Assembly: GCF_044704955.1 (NCBI RefSeq)
Contig: NC_091995.1
Coordinates: 11,160,001-11,224,000 of the forward strand
Origin: Pristiophorus japonicus
Taxonomy: Eukaryota
Direction: 5' to 3'
DNA length: 64,000 nt
This document shows, in pieces, positions 1 to 13,690 of this stretch (positions are counted from its first letter, which is position 1; each line of letters begins with the position of its first letter). The position numbers and the translations under genes were made by a program. The notes below the pieces were generated by a model. That model was not told the origin of the DNA, did no database searches, and was given only the letters and a program-made list of their open reading frames with translations.

Positions 1-670
1 AGGAAAATGGAATGTTGGCCTTTCTTGCAAGGGGGATAGTGTATAAAAGCAGAGAAGTCCTGCTACAACTGTACAGGGTATTGGTGAGGCCACACCTGGA
101 GTACTGCGTACAGTTTTGGTCTCTGTATTTAAGGAAGGATATACTTTCATTGGAGGCTGTTCAGAGAAGGTTCACTAGATTGATTCTGGAGATGAGGGGG
201 TTGACTTATGAAGATAGGTTGAGTAGATTGGACTGTACTCATTGGAATCAGAAGAATGCGAGGTGACCTTATCGAAACACATATGATAATGAGAGAGCTG
301 AACCAGTTGGATGCAGAGAGGATATTTCCACTCAGAGGGGAAACTAAAACGAGGGGGCATAATCTCAGAATAAGGGGCCACCCATTCAAAATTGAGATGA
401 GGAGGAATTTCTTCTCTCAGAGAGTTGTAAATCTGTGGAATTCTCTGCCCCAGAGAGCTATGGAGGCTGGGTCATTGAATATATTTAAGGCGGAGATAGT
501 CACATTTTTGAGTGATAAGGGAGTCAAGGGTTATGGGGAGCAGGGAGGGAAGTGTAACTGAGTCCATGATCAGATCAGCCATGATCTTATTAAATGGCAG
601 AGCAGGCTCGAGGGACCGAATGGCCAACTCCTGCTCCTGTTTCTTGTATTCTTGTGCCTTGTGTTCTTGT
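1..670 (+). mobile_element. CR1 LINE 3' fragment
   Basis: RT C-terminus LYRVLVRPHLEYCVQFWS...RGDLIET...FFSQRVVNLWNSLP, CR1 3'UTR and tail. Confidence 0.9.
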
Positions 671-703
671 GGGAGAGGATGAGAATTTTCTTTTTGTTTT
701 GAT

Positions 704-2115
704 TATTGTGTTCCGAACACAGATGAGACTGCACACAGGGAGGTTAAAGTAAGTGACTTCAGTCTTTATTAAGACACTCCAGAGTGAGGAACAGGCCTTA
801 GGGGCCGGCTTAAATACAGTGCTCCCAAGGGATACTAGGATTCCTTGGGACTTCAGGGGATGCGCTCCCTGGTGGGGGAACATGGGAGTGCATGCTTTAC
901 ACATACACAACATCACTCCCACCCAAAGTCAAAGTGAAAACTATTTACAAGGTGAGGCGGTCAGGAGCCTTTCTTTCCCTGGTGGACCGCCTCGGTACAA
1001 ATGTCTGTTCTGGTGTGTTGGCTGTGCCCTCGCTGGGCTGGCGTGTTGTTGGCCCTGCAGGGCTGCTGGGTGAGCCTGGCCTTGCTGGGCTGTTGTGCGT
1101 GATGGGTTCAATTTCCTGGTCCGGGGTGGTGTCGTTGATCCTTTGGGTGTGTGTTGTGGGTTCGTAAAAGGTGGTGTCTGCTGTGGGTTGTTCAGGGCAG
1201 TCTGTGAACCGCAGCCTCGTTTGGTCCAGGTGCTTTTTGCAAATTTGTCCATTGTCCAGTTTGACTACAAACACCCTACTCCCTTCTTTAGCTATCACCG
1301 TGCCCACGATCCACTTGGGACCATGTCCATAGTTTAGCACATGCAGAGGTTCATTCAGATCAATTTCCCGTGACACAGTGGCGCGACCATCGTTTACATT
1401 TTGTTGCTGCCGTCTGCTCTCTAACTGATCACACAGGTTGGGGTGAACCAGCGTGAGTATGGTTTTAAGTGTCCTTTTCATGAGTAGCTCAGCTGGGGGC
1501 ACCCCTGTGAGCGAGTGGGGTCTCGTGCGGTAGCTGAGCAGTACTCAGGACAGGCGGGTTTGGAGTGAGCCTTCTGTGACTCATTTAAGGCTCTGTTTGA
1601 TGGTTTGTACTGCCCGCTCTGCCTGCCCATTGGAGGCTGGTTTAAATGGGGCCGAGGTGACATGTTTGATCCCATTGCGGGTCGTGAATTCTTTAAATTC
1701 GGCACTGGTGAAACATGGCCCGTTGTCACTGACCAGTATGTCAGGCAGGCCGTGGATGGCAAACATGGTCCTCAGGCTTTCAATGGTGGCGGTGGCGGTG
1801 CTTCCCGAAATTATTTCACATTCAATCCATTTTGAAAAAGCATCCACCACCACCAGGAACATTTTACCGAGAAACAGGCCCTCATAGTCGACATGGATCC
1901 TCGACCGTGGTCTGGAGGGCCAGGACCACAAACTTAGTGGTACCTCTCTTGGCGTGTTACTCAACTGAACACACACGCTGCATTGCTCAACTGAGCACAC
2001 ACGCTGCATTGCCATACACAGGACTCTAAGTCAGAGTCGATACCGGGCCACCAAACATGGGATCTGGCTATCCAAACCCAGAACATGGGAGTGCATGCTT
2101 TACAGATACACAACA
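704..2115 (-). mobile_element. Internally deleted Gypsy LTR retrotransposon (3' LTR 704-912, integrase, ~35 bp remnant of 5' LTR)
   Basis: Integrase motifs VVVDAFSKW, SDNGPCFTS, NGQAERAVQ; PPT beside the LTR; LTR start repeated at 2081-2115; flanks TTGAT/GTGAT. Confidence 0.85.
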
Positions 2116-2813
2116 GTGATAACATAAGAACATAGGAAATAGGAGCAGGAGTAGGCCATACGGCCCCTCAAGCCTGCTCCGTCATTCAAATCTGATGTAA
2201 ATCTGTGGAATTCTCTGCCCCAGAGAGCTGTGGAGGCTGGGTCATTGAATATATTTAAAGCGGAGATAGACAGATTTTTGAGCAGGTCGTGTGCTGGACA
2301 AAGGTGGGCTCTATGCCTTGTGGGAAATATACTTCCTCCATAGCAACCACTCATGGTTGGTAAAGGAGAAGAGCCCTCCCACAATGTGCTAGGTGCCCCA
2401 ATGCAGACTTGAGGGACTGAATGGCTTACTCCTGTAGCTATGCTCCTAATGGGCTCAATTTTGGCCAAGCCCGTTTTTCGGTGCTCTTACCGGAATTGCA
2501 GCACTTATGTACTTTCAGAGATGCGCCGGAAAAAAATGTTGCAACTTTGGCCGCTGTCTGGCCTCTTCACTGCAGTCACACAGAGTGGCCAATCGACTCA
2601 GGGGGGTGGAACCTGTGTTCTGAGCTGGAAAATGTGCCGGGATATCTGCACATGCACAGTGGAGAATGGTGATGGCCGCGCGTGTGCACCCACAAGTGTC
2701 AGGTGGTCAAATAATGGAGGAGGCAAGATTTTGAGATCTGAGGGCTGGGCCTCAAAGAATCAAGGAAGCTGGAATGGACACATGGGAACTAGACCTTAAT
2801 CAAAATAGGGTTC

Positions 2814-5800
2814 TGTCATGTATGTAACACCACTGTATTACTGTATACACTCAACCTAGATGCACACCTTGACCACAAGGGGTGAACTTGTGGGAGACAC
2901 TCCTTACCTGATCTCCCAGGTATAAAAAGGGATGTCCCACGCAGGGTCATCGTCATTGGAGTCCTGTGAATAAAGAGTTACGGTCACAGAGTGACCTTGT
3001 CTCCAGAATGTGCCTCGTGTGGTTTCATATTGTAGAGTAAGGACTTTACATTGGCGACGAGAAACGGGAATTCACAACCCATGAGAATAGCTACCGGTAG
3101 CACAGAGGAACGGTACTTTGTTGGGGAAGACTGGGACAATTTTGTCGAGAGGCTTCAGCAAAGCTTCATTACGAAAGAATGGCTGGGGGTTGTACGGTCT
3201 GGCATCAGGTCGGCAGCTGCTATATTCCAGCGCAACATGGAGAGTTTGCTTAAGTCCATCCTGGGGACGGTTGTGTTTCAAGATGACATACTGATCATGG
3301 GCAGGGACACCGACTCCCATCTCTGCAATTTGGAGGAAGTATTAAGTCGATTGGATCGGGTAGGCCTACGAGTCAAGAAATCCAAGTGCCTGTTTCTCGC
3401 ACCTAAGGTTGAATCTTTGGGCAGAAGGATTGCCGCTGATGGAATCTGCCCGACAGAGTCCAAAACAGAAGCAATTCGCCTGGCACCCAGGCCCCGGAAT
3501 GTCTCAGAACTGCGCGCCTTTCTTGGGCTACTCAATTACTTTGGGAACTTTATGCAGAACTTAAGCACGCTGCTGGAGCCTCTCCATGTGCTACTCAGGA
3601 AGGGGTGCAATTGGTTTTGGGGGGACGCCCAGGAACGCGCCTTCAATAAGGCACGCAACCTTCTGTGTTGCAACAGTGTTTTGACTTTCTTTGATCCAGG
3701 TAAAAAGCTAGTTCTCACATGTGATGCGTCAGCGTATGGGGTCAGGTGCGTTTTGCAACATGTCAATAGTGCGGGCAAATTACAACCCATAGCTTATGCC
3801 TCCAGGTCACTTTCGCGGGCAGAGCGCGGGTACGGAATGGTAGAGAAGGAGACGCTCGCGTGCATGTACGGTGTCAAAAAGATGCGCCAATATCATTTTG
3901 GGGCCAAGTTCGCGTTAGAAACTGACAACAAGCCCCTCACATCCCTCCTATCCGAGAGCAAGGCAATAAACGCCAATGCCTCGGCGCGAATTCAACAGTG
4001 GGCACTCATGCTGGCGTCCTACAACTATACCATAATGCACAGACCAGGCACAGACAACTGTGCCGACGTGCTCAGCAGGCTAACCCTGGTGACCATGGAA
4101 GGGTCTGATGAACAGGACTGTGAGATAGTCATGGCAATCAATGTCTTTGAGTCCACAGGTTCGCCCATGACGGCTCGCCAAATCAGAGCCTGGATGGCCA
4201 GCGACCCCACGTTATCCTTAGTAAAAAGATGTGTCCTAACCGGTGACTGGGCAGAGGCTCGTGATGCCTGCACCGAGGAATTCAAACTCTTTCACAGGCG
4301 CATGCATGAGCTATCACTACAAGCAGACTGCCTGATGTGGGGCAGCCGAGTAGTCATGCCTCTGCGAGGCAGAGAGGCATTTGTCTGGGAGCTCCACCGC
4401 GAGCACCCGGGGATCGTTCTCATGAAGGCCATAGCCAGATCCCACATCTGGTGGCCTGGTATTGATGTGGACTTGGAGCTCTGCGTCCGATGGTGCACCA
4501 TTTGTGCCCAACTCAGCAATGCCCCCAGGGAGGCTCCCCTGAGCCCCTGGCCCTGGCCTACCAAACTGTGGTTGCAGGTGCACATAGACTATGCGGGCCC
4601 ATTCATGGGCAAAATGTTCCTCGTAGTTGTCGATGCATTTTCAAAGTGGATTGAATGCACCATTTTAAACTCAAGCACAACCTCTACCACTTGGAGAGCC
4701 TCGTAACCATGTTTGCAATGCACGAAATCCCTGACATATTGGTCAGTGACAATGGTCCGTTCTTCACCAGCGCAGAATTCCAAGATTTTATAACTGACCA
4801 CGGCATAAATCATGTCAAGACGGCACCGTTCAAGCCAGCCTCCAACGGCCAGGCGGAGAGAGCAGTACAAATCATTAAACAAGGCATGCTTAAAATCCAA
4901 GGTCCCACGCTGCAGGGTCGCCTGTCGCGACTGCTGCAGGCATACAGATCTCGTCCGCACTCATTGACTGGAGTTCCCCCCCGCGCAACTGTTGATGAAA
5001 AGGACTTTAAAAACAAGGCTCTTATTAATCCTCCCAGACATACACAAAATCGTTGAGGCAAAGCACCGTAAGCTGACTGAGTACCATGACAGAAATTCGA
5101 GGGGGAGATGGAATGAGATAGGGGACAAAGTGTTTGTACTAAACTATGGCAGGGGTCCCAAATGGCTTGCAGGGACAGTAACGGGCAAGGAAGGAAACAG
5201 GCTACTGGTAGTACAAATGGACAATGGCCAAACCTGTCGGAGGCATGTAGACCAAGTCAAAAGCAGAGTTACCAACAACACTGCAGAACCAGAGGCAGAC
5301 TACAATGTGGAACTCGCACCACACCTGGTGGACAGACAGAGGGAACAACCTGAGGAAAGGGCAATCCCAACAGACAGCCCAGGCGAGTCAACAACAATCA
5401 CACCAATCGAAACAGACAGCCCAGGCGAGATACCAGCAACCACACCCAAAGAAAAACAGACACCAAGGCAAACAACTGAACCACAACTCAGACACTCCAC
5501 GCGAGAGCGTAGACCACCTGAGAGACTGAATCTATAAAGACAATAAGACCTTGGGGGAGGGTGATGTCATGTATCTTACATTATTATATATAACTGTATC
5601 CTAACATGCTATACATGACTGTAATAAGATATGACCTGTAACCACCAGCATACCTTACCACCAGGGGTGCACTTGCAGGAGACACTGGATACCTGTCCCA
5701 CACAGGTATATAAGGACAGGGCTCAGACAAGTGCAGCATTCCAGAGCTGTGAAATAAAGGTGCAGGTCCAGAGTGACCTTGACTTCACTACATGCCTCGT

Positions 5801-6916
5801 GTGAATCTGTACTGAGGGGACAGGACTTTCCAATGCACGTCATCCACCACCGTGGAAAGCCAACATGCGATCTTTGCAACCCATGGCTTGTCGGACATCC
5901 TGGTTAGTGATAATGGCCCATGTTTCACAAGCTACAAATTCCTGAAGTTTATGTCGGGCAATGGCATCAACCATGTCAGGACTGTGCCGTTCAAGCCAGC
6001 CTCCAATAGCCAGGCGGAACATGCGGTCCAAATCATTAAGGCAAGGTATGTTCAAGATTCGAGGACCCTCCCTACAATGCTGCCTATCGCGCCTCCTGCT
6101 GGCCTATAGGTCCCGACCGCACTCGCTCATGGGGGTCCTGCCCGCAGAGTTACTAATGAAACGGACACTCAAAACTCGGTTGTCCTTCATTCACCCAGTC
6201 CTGACCGACATAGTTGAGGGCAAGCGCAAGTCACAAAATGAGTACCATGACCGTAATTCGAGGGGGAGATATATAGAAATAAATGATCCTGTATTCATCC
6301 TCAATCATGCCATGGGGCCCAAATGGCTTGAGGGTACTGTAATTGACAAAGAGGGGAATAGGGTCATTGTGGTAAAACTCAACAATGGTCAGATATGCCG
6401 TAAGCATCTGGACCAAGTAAAAAAAAGGTTCAGCATCGACACGGAGGAACCTGAAGAAGACCATGAGATGGAGCTCACAACACCGCCAGTGAACGAGCAA
6501 CAAGAGCAATCAGAAGAATGCACAGTCCCTGCGGTCCGGACAGGCCGGAATCACCACAGGTGACAGACACTCACGCCAGCGTCTAACAACCAGAGCCCCA
6601 ACTGCGGTGCTCCACGAGGGAGCGTAGACCACCTGAAAGGCTAAACCTATGATCCCAATAAGACTTTGGTGGGGGGGGGAGGTGATGTCATTTATGTAAT
6701 ACCACTGTATTACTGTATACACTCAACTTAGATGCACACCTTGACCACAAGGGGTGAACTTGTGGGAGACACTCCTTACCTGATCTCCCAGGTATAAAAA
6801 GGGAGGTCCCACGCAGAGTCATCGTCTTTGGAGTCCTGTGAATAAAGAGTTAAGGTCACAGCTTGTCTCCAGAATATGCCTCGTGTGGTTTCATGCTGCA
6901 GAGTAAGGACTTTACA
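2814..6916 (+). mobile_element. Nested/deleted Gypsy element: LTRs 2814-3050 and 6686-6916, inner element RT-RNaseH-IN with its own LTR 5565-5832
   Basis: TG...CA LTR pair, PBS TTGGCGACGA at 3051, FQDDILI RT motif, CDAS RNase H, integrase, PPTs before both 3' LTRs, flanks GGTTC/GTTTC. Confidence 0.9.
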
Positions 6917-7334
6917 GTTTCAACCGTGGAATTTATTTCAGTGTGTGTGTGTGCATGGATAGATTGGAGAAAAAAGAAAAATGAGCATCATACAAGCTAT
7001 ACACTCCCAGTATCTCTGTCTGCTTTCAACTTTGCAAAACAGAATCAGGTCTAATGTGTTTTTGTTGTTACTTTGTTTCCTGGAGAGTTTTGTAAAAACC
7101 CGGGATTTTTGTTTAATGCACTGCATTACTCAGCTTAGCTGAGACTGCTTGTTGGCTGGACTTTGAAGAAGACTGTTTTCTTATACAAGGCAGTTTATGG
7201 CATCATTCTGTCAGACTAATTCTAACCTCCTAACTGAACAGTTGTTGAGTGATTAGCTCTGTGCATTAAATGTTCCTTTTCCAGCCTCTCCGTTGATTTG
7301 CAGCCTCTCCGTTCAATCCGATGCCAACCAGTTC

Positions 7335-10300
7335 GCTCCCTCCCGCCCCCTAGCCCAGGCCGAGTGGTCTCCCAGTGTGTTGTCCTTCCCCTAGCCCAGG
7401 TCGAATGGCCTCCTGGTGTGTTGTCCCACTCCGAGCCCAGGCCGAGTGGTCTCCCAGTGTGTTGTCCCATTCCTAGCCCAGGCCGAGTGGTCTCCCAGTG
7501 TGTCGTCCCATTCCTAGCCCAGGCCGAGTGGTCTCCCAGTGTGTTGTCCCATTCCTAGCCCAGGCCGAGTGGTCTCCCAGTGTGTTGTCCCATTCCTAGC
7601 CCAGGCTGAGTGGTCTCCCAGTGTGTTGTCCTTCCCCTAGCCCTGGCCGAGTGGCCTCCTGGTGTGTTGTCCCACTCCTAGCCCAGGCCGAGTGGCCTCC
7701 TGGTGTGTTGTCCCACTCCTAGCCCAGGTCGAGTGGCCTCCCAGTGTGTTGTCCCGCCCCTAGCCAAGGCCGAGTGGTCTCCAGGTGTGTTGTCCTGCCC
7801 CTAGCCTAGGCCGAGTGGCCTCCCGGTGTGTTGTCCCACTTCTAGCCCAGGCCTAGTGGTCTCCAGGTGTGTTGTCCCGCCCCTAGCCCAGGCCGAATGG
7901 TCTCCAGGTGTGTTGTCCCGCCCCTAGCCCAGGCCGAGTGGTCTCCCAGTGTGTTGTCCCACTCCTAGCCCAGGCTGAGTGGCCTCCCGGTGTGTTGTCC
8001 CACTCCTAGCCCAGGCCGAGTAGCCTCCCGGTGTGTTGTCCCACTCCTAGCCCAGGCCGAGTGGTCTCCCAGTGTGTTGTCCCACTCCTAGCCCAGGCCG
8101 AGTGGTCTCCAGGTGTGTTGTCCCACTCCTAGCCCAGACCGAGTGGCCTCCCGGTGTGTTGTCCCACTCCTAGCCCAGGCCGAGTGGCCTCCCGGTGTGT
8201 TGTCCCACTCCTAGCCCAGGCCGAGTGGCCTCCCGGTGTGTTGTCCCACTCCTAGCCCAGGCCGGGTGGTCTCCCAGTGTATTGTCCCACTCCTAGCCCA
8301 GGCCGAGTGGCCTCCCGGTGTGTTGTCCCACTCCTAGCCCAGGCCGAGTGGCCTCCCAGTGTGTTGTCCCACCCTTAGCCCAGACCGAGTGGTCTCCCAG
8401 TGTGTTGTCCCACCCTTAGCCCAGACCGAGTGGTCCCCTTCAGGTGTGTTGTCCCACTCCTAGCCCAGGCCGAGTGGTCTCCAGGTGTGTTGTCCCACTC
8501 CTAGCCCAGACCGAGTGGCCTCCCAGTGTGTTGTCCCACCCTTAGCCGAGACCGAGTGGTCTCCTTCAGGTGTGTTGTCCCACTCCTAGCCCAGGCCGAG
8601 TGGCCTCCCGGTGTGTTGTCCCACTCCTAGCCCAGACCGAGTGGTCTCCTTCAGGTGTGTTGTCCCACTCCTAGCCCAGGCCGAGTGGCCTCCCGGTGTG
8701 TTGTCCCACTCCTAGCCCAGGCCGAGTGGTCTCCCAGTGTATTGTCCCACTCCTAGCCCAGGCCGAGTGGCCTCCCGGTGTGTTGTCCCACTCCTAGCCC
8801 AGGCCGAGTGGCCTCCCAGTGTGTTGTCCCACCCTTAGCCCAGACCGAGTGGTCTCCCAGTGTGTTGTCCCACCCTTAGCCCAGACCGAGTGGTCCCCTT
8901 CAGGTGTGTTGTCCCACTCCTAGCCCAGACCGCGTGGCCTCCCGGTGTGTTGTCCCACTCCTAGCCCAGGCCGAGTGGCCTCCCGGTGTGTTGTCCCACT
9001 CCTAGCCCAGGCCGAGTGGTCTCCAGATGTGTTGTCCCACTCCTAGCCCAGGCCGAGTGGCCTCCCGGTGTGTTGTCCCACTCCTAGCCCAGGCCGAGTG
9101 GCCTCCCGGTGTGTTGTCCCACTCCTAGCCCAGGCCGAGTGGTCTCCAGGTGTGTTGTCCCACTCCTAGCCCAGGCCGAGTGGCCTCCCGGTGTGTTGTC
9201 CCACTCCTAGCCTAGGCCGAGTGGCCTCCCGGTGTGTTGTCCCACTCCTAGCCCAGGCCGAGTGGTCTCCAGGTGTGTTGTCCCACTCCTAGCCCAGGCC
9301 GAGTGGCCTCCCGGTGTGTTGTCCCACTCCTAGCCCAGGCCGAGTGGTCTCCAGGTGTGTTGTCCCACTACTAGCCCAGGCCGAGTGGTCTCCCAGTGTG
9401 TTGTCCCACTCCTAGCCCAGGCCGAGTGGCCTCCAGGTGTGTTGTCCCACTCCTAGCCCAGGCCGAGTGGCCTCCAGGTGTGTTGTCCCACTCCTAGCCC
9501 AGGCCGAGTGGCCTCCAGGTGTGTTGTCCCACTCCTAGCCTAGGCCGAGTGGCCTCCCGGTGTGTTGTCCCACTCCTAGCCCAGGCCGAGTGGTCTCCAG
9601 GTGTGTTGTCCCACTCCTAGCCCAGGCCGAGTGGCCTCCCGGTGTGTTGTCCCACTCCTAGCCCAGGCCGAGTGGTCTCCAGGTGTGTTGTCCCACTCCT
9701 AGCCCAGGCCGAGTGGCCTCCAGGTGTGTTGTCCCACTCCTAGCCCAGGCCGAGTGGCCTCCCGGTGTGTTGTCCCACTCCTAGCCTAGGCCGAGTGGCC
9801 TCCCGGTGTGTTGTCCCACCCCTAGCCCAGGCCGAGTGGCCTCCAGGTGTGTTGTCCCACTCCTAGCCCAGGCCGAGTGGCCTCCCGGTGTGTTGTCCCA
9901 CTCCTAGCCTAGGCCGAGTGGCCTCCCGGTGTGTTGTCCCACTCCTAGCCCAGGCCGAGTGGTCTCCAGGTGTGTTGTCCCACTCCTAGCCCAGGCCGAG
10001 TGGCCTCCCGGTGTGTTGTCCCACTCCTAGCCCAGGCCGAGTGGTCTCCAGGTGTGTTGTCCCACTACTAGCCCAGGCCGAGTGGTCTCCCAGTGTGTTG
10101 TCCCACTCCTAGCCCAGGCCGAGTGGCCTCCAGGTGTGTTGTCCCACTCCTAGCCCAGGCCGAGTGGCCTCCAGGTGTGTTGTCCCACTCCTAGCCCAGG
10201 CCGAGTGGCCTCCAGGTGTGTTGTCCCACCCTTAGCCCAGACCGAGTGGTCCCCTTCAGGTGTGTTGTCCCACTCCTAGCCCAGACCGCGTGGCCTCCCG

Positions 10301-11735
10301 GTGTGTTGTCCCACTCCTAGCCCAGGCCGAGTGGCCTCCCGGTGTGTTGTCCCACTCCTAGCCCAGGCCGAGTGGTCTCCAGATGTGTTGTCCCACTCCT
10401 AGCCCAGGCCGAGTGGCCTCCCGGTGTGTTGTCCCACTCCTAGCCCAGGCCGAGTGGCCTCCCGGTGTGTTGTCCCACTCCTAGCCCAGGCCGAGTGGTC
10501 TCCAGGTGTGTTGTCCCACTCCTAGCCCAGGCCGAGTGGCCTCCCGGTGTGTTGTCCCACTCCTAGCCTAGGCCGAGTGGCCTCCCGGTGTGTTGTCCCA
10601 CTCCTAGCCCAGGCCGAGTGGTCTCCAGGTGTGTTGTCCCACTCCTAGCCCAGGCCGAGTGGCCTCCCGGTGTGTTGTCCCACTCCTAGCCCAGGCCGAG
10701 TGGTCTCCAGGTGTGTTGTCCCACTACTAGCCCAGGCCGAGTGGTCTCCCAGTGTGTTGTCCCACTCCTAGCCCAGGCCGAGTGGCCTCCAGGTGTGTTG
10801 TCCCACTCCTAGCCCAGGCCGAGTGGCCTCCAGGTGTGTTGTCCCACTCCTAGCCCAGGCCGAGTGGCCTCCAGGTGTGTTGTCCCACTCCTAGCCTAGG
10901 CCGAGTGGCCTCCCGGTGTGTTGTCCCACTCCTAGCCCAGGCCGAGTGGTCTCCAGGTGTGTTGTCCCACTCCTAGCCCAGGCCGAGTGGCCTCCCGGTG
11001 TGTTGTCCCACTCCTAGCCCAGGCCGAGTGGTCTCCAGGTGTGTTGTCCCACTCCTAGCCCAGGCCGAGTGGCCTCCAGGTGTGTTGTCCCACTCCTAGC
11101 CCAGGCCGAGTGGCCTCCCGGTGTGTTGTCCCACTCCTAGCCTAGGCCGAGTGGCCTCCCGGTGTGTTGTCCCACCCCTAGCCCAGGCCGAGTGGCCTCC
11201 AGGTGTGTTGTCCCACTCCTAGCCCAGGCCGAGTGGCCTCCCGGTGTGTTGTCCCACTCCTAGCCTAGGCCGAGTGGCCTCCCGGTGTGTTGTCCCACTC
11301 CTAGCCCAGGCCGAGTGGTCTCCAGGTGTGTTGTCCCACTCCTAGCCCAGGCCGAGTGGCCTCCCGGTGTGTTGTCCCACTCCTAGCCCAGGCCGAGTGG
11401 TCTCCAGGTGTGTTGTCCCACTACTAGCCCAGGCCGAGTGGTCTCCCAGTGTGTTGTCCCACTCCTAGCCCAGGCCGAGTGGCCTCCAGGTGTGTTGTCC
11501 CACTCCTAGCCCAGGCCGAGTGGCCTCCAGGTGTGTTGTCCCACTCCTAGCCCAGGCCGAGTGGCCTCCAGGTGTGTTGTCCCACTCCTAGCCCAGACCG
11601 AGTGGTCTCCAGGTGTGTTGTCCCACTACTAGCCCAGGCCGAGTGGTCTCCAGGTGTGTTGTCCCACTACTAGCCCAGGCCGAGTGGCCTCCAGGTGTGT
11701 TGTCCCACTCCTAGCCCAGGCTGAGTGGCCTCCCG
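7335..11735. repeat. 41-bp tandem satellite (~107 units; CCCACTCCTAGCCCAGGCCGAGTGGCCTCCCGGTGTGTTGT)
   Basis: Period measured directly (e.g. 8162 to 8203). Confidence 0.97.
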
Positions 11736-12112
11736 CTCCGACCCGCTGCCTTCGCGAACTGAGTGCAGAAAGGTGAATTGCAGTTTTATGATGAAGGTAG
11801 GACTTCAAATGTTTATTTCTTATAGAATTGTTGGTAGTTTTTGTTTGCAAGTGTTGCTAAGGATAAGGCTTGGTTGGTTCAAGTCCAGGTCCCGCTCAGC
11901 TTCCCACCCCTATCCCAGGCTGAATGGCCTCCGATGTACCTACCTGCGCCAATTTCTTTAACTCTCTGCAAGGGTTTTCTCAAGTGGCCACATACACTGG
12001 CCTAAGTAGAAATGGAGCAACTATTAGCTGGCCAAAGTTGCCTAAATGGCCAGAACTGGTGTCGGTGGCTGGTAACACCCCCTTTTGAAAAAAAAAACTA
12101 ATCTAAAAAAAC
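11736..12112. mobile_element. Remnant of a Harbinger-type non-autonomous element flanking the satellite
   Basis: Shares motifs (CCCCTTTTGAAAAAAAA, CCCAGGCTGAATGGCCTC) with the reverse complement of the TIR element at 19765-21317. Confidence 0.5.
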
Positions 12113-12259
12113 ATTTTCAAAACTGAGATTGATAGAGTTTTGTTAGATGAAGATGTTCAGCGTTACTGAACCAAGGAGTGAGCTCGAATAGGGATTGTCT
12201 GTGTTTACTCCCGCTGTGTTTCCAGAGGAGAAACTTAATCAAACCTTAAGCTCAATACG

Positions 12260-12730
12260 AAACATAGAAACAGGAGGGGGCCATTCAGCCCCTCGAGCCT
12301 GTTCTGCCATTCGATTACCATATGGGCTGAATGGCCTCTTTCTGTGCTGTAAATTTCTATGATTCTATGATCATGGCTGATCTGTATCGTAACTATCTCT
12401 CCGCCTTGGCTCCATATCCCTTAATACACTTGCCCAACATTCTCAGTGAAACTGACTCTATCAGTCAATTTTCAATTGACCCCCAACCTCATCGAGTTTT
12501 TGGGGAGAGAGTTCCAGATTTACACTACTGTGTGTGAAGAAGTGCTTCCTGACATCAACCCTGAATAGCCTGGCTCTAATTTTAAGGTGAGGCCCTCTTG
12601 TTCCAGACTCCCCCCACCCCCTCCCCTCACCCACCAGAAGAGTTTCTCTCTATGTACCCTATCAACTCCTGTTAGTCACCTTAAACACCTCAATTAGATC
12701 ATCCTTGGATCTTTGATATTCGAGGGACTA
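12260..12730 (-). mobile_element. CR1 3' fragment
   Basis: CR1 tail GAAACATAGAAAC and 3'UTR in reverse orientation. Confidence 0.75.
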
Positions 12731-13353
12731 TCGATGCATTAGTATATGTGGTAGCTTTAGTTTTCCCATAACATGTATTTGCAAGCAATACCTAGAGAAA
12801 ACAGCTGAACAGGTACCAACAGATAAATAACACATAAAACCATTCCAGATAAAGAATAATTTAAACACATAATTATAGTAAATGGTAATGTGAGGCACAT
12901 AATTCTATGGGTGTAAAATAGTCAACAGCTTAACCAGTTTTGATAGCTTTTTGATTGATCTGTTCCCTGAGAAGGACCAGTTTAAATAACACTGGTCATA
13001 AATTAAATCGGGGTCTCCTTAAAGGAGAACAATCAGTTTATGCAGAGTGGGATTATCATCCCGGGGCCCCGTTAACATGCCGACCGCAGCACGTCCCAAA
13101 GTGCTTTACAGCCAATGTCTTATTAGGCTGGGGCCTAGGTGCAAATGGTGAATGAATAGTGTTGGATCCCCCTGCACTAACCCAATCAATTTTACATGTT
13201 CAATATCTGTATAGCCTTGAAATGACTGTTTACCATAAGCCTGCGTGAACATTCAATACCGCCACAGCACCTTACCCAACCTGCTCCCACAGAGGCCTAA
13301 ACGGATTTATTTTGAGCCGGTTGATTCTTGCATTGAAAGCAAATAAAATAAAG

Positions 13354-13690
13354 CACTTGCATTTACGTAGCGCCTTTCACGACCTAAGGATGTCCCAAAG
13401 CACTTTACAGCCAATTAAGTACTTTTGAAATGTAGTCACTGTTGTAATGTGGGAAACGCGGCAGACAATTTGTGCACAGCAAGCTCCCGCAAACAACAAT
13501 ATGATAATGACCAGGTTATCTGTTCTTTAGTGACATTGGTTGAAGGATAAATATTGGCCTCAGGAGACTGGGGATAACTCCATTGCTTTTGTTCCAAACA
13601 GTGCCATGGGATCTTTTAGGTCCACCTGAGACAGCAGACAGGACCTCAGTTTAACATCTCATCCTAAAGACGTCACCTCCGACAGTGCAG
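13354..13690 (-). mobile_element. DeuSINE (SacSINE1/AmnSINE1-like)
   Basis: Deu-domain motifs GCACAGCAAGCTCCC, ATATTGGCC, GCCATGGGATCTTT, CTCCGACAGTGCAG recurring across the window; family assigned from recall. Confidence 0.75.

Noticed and set aside
7335-11735. CRISPR-like array
   Set aside because: Contiguous 41-bp units with no unique spacers, no cas genes, and a vertebrate context; it is a satellite.
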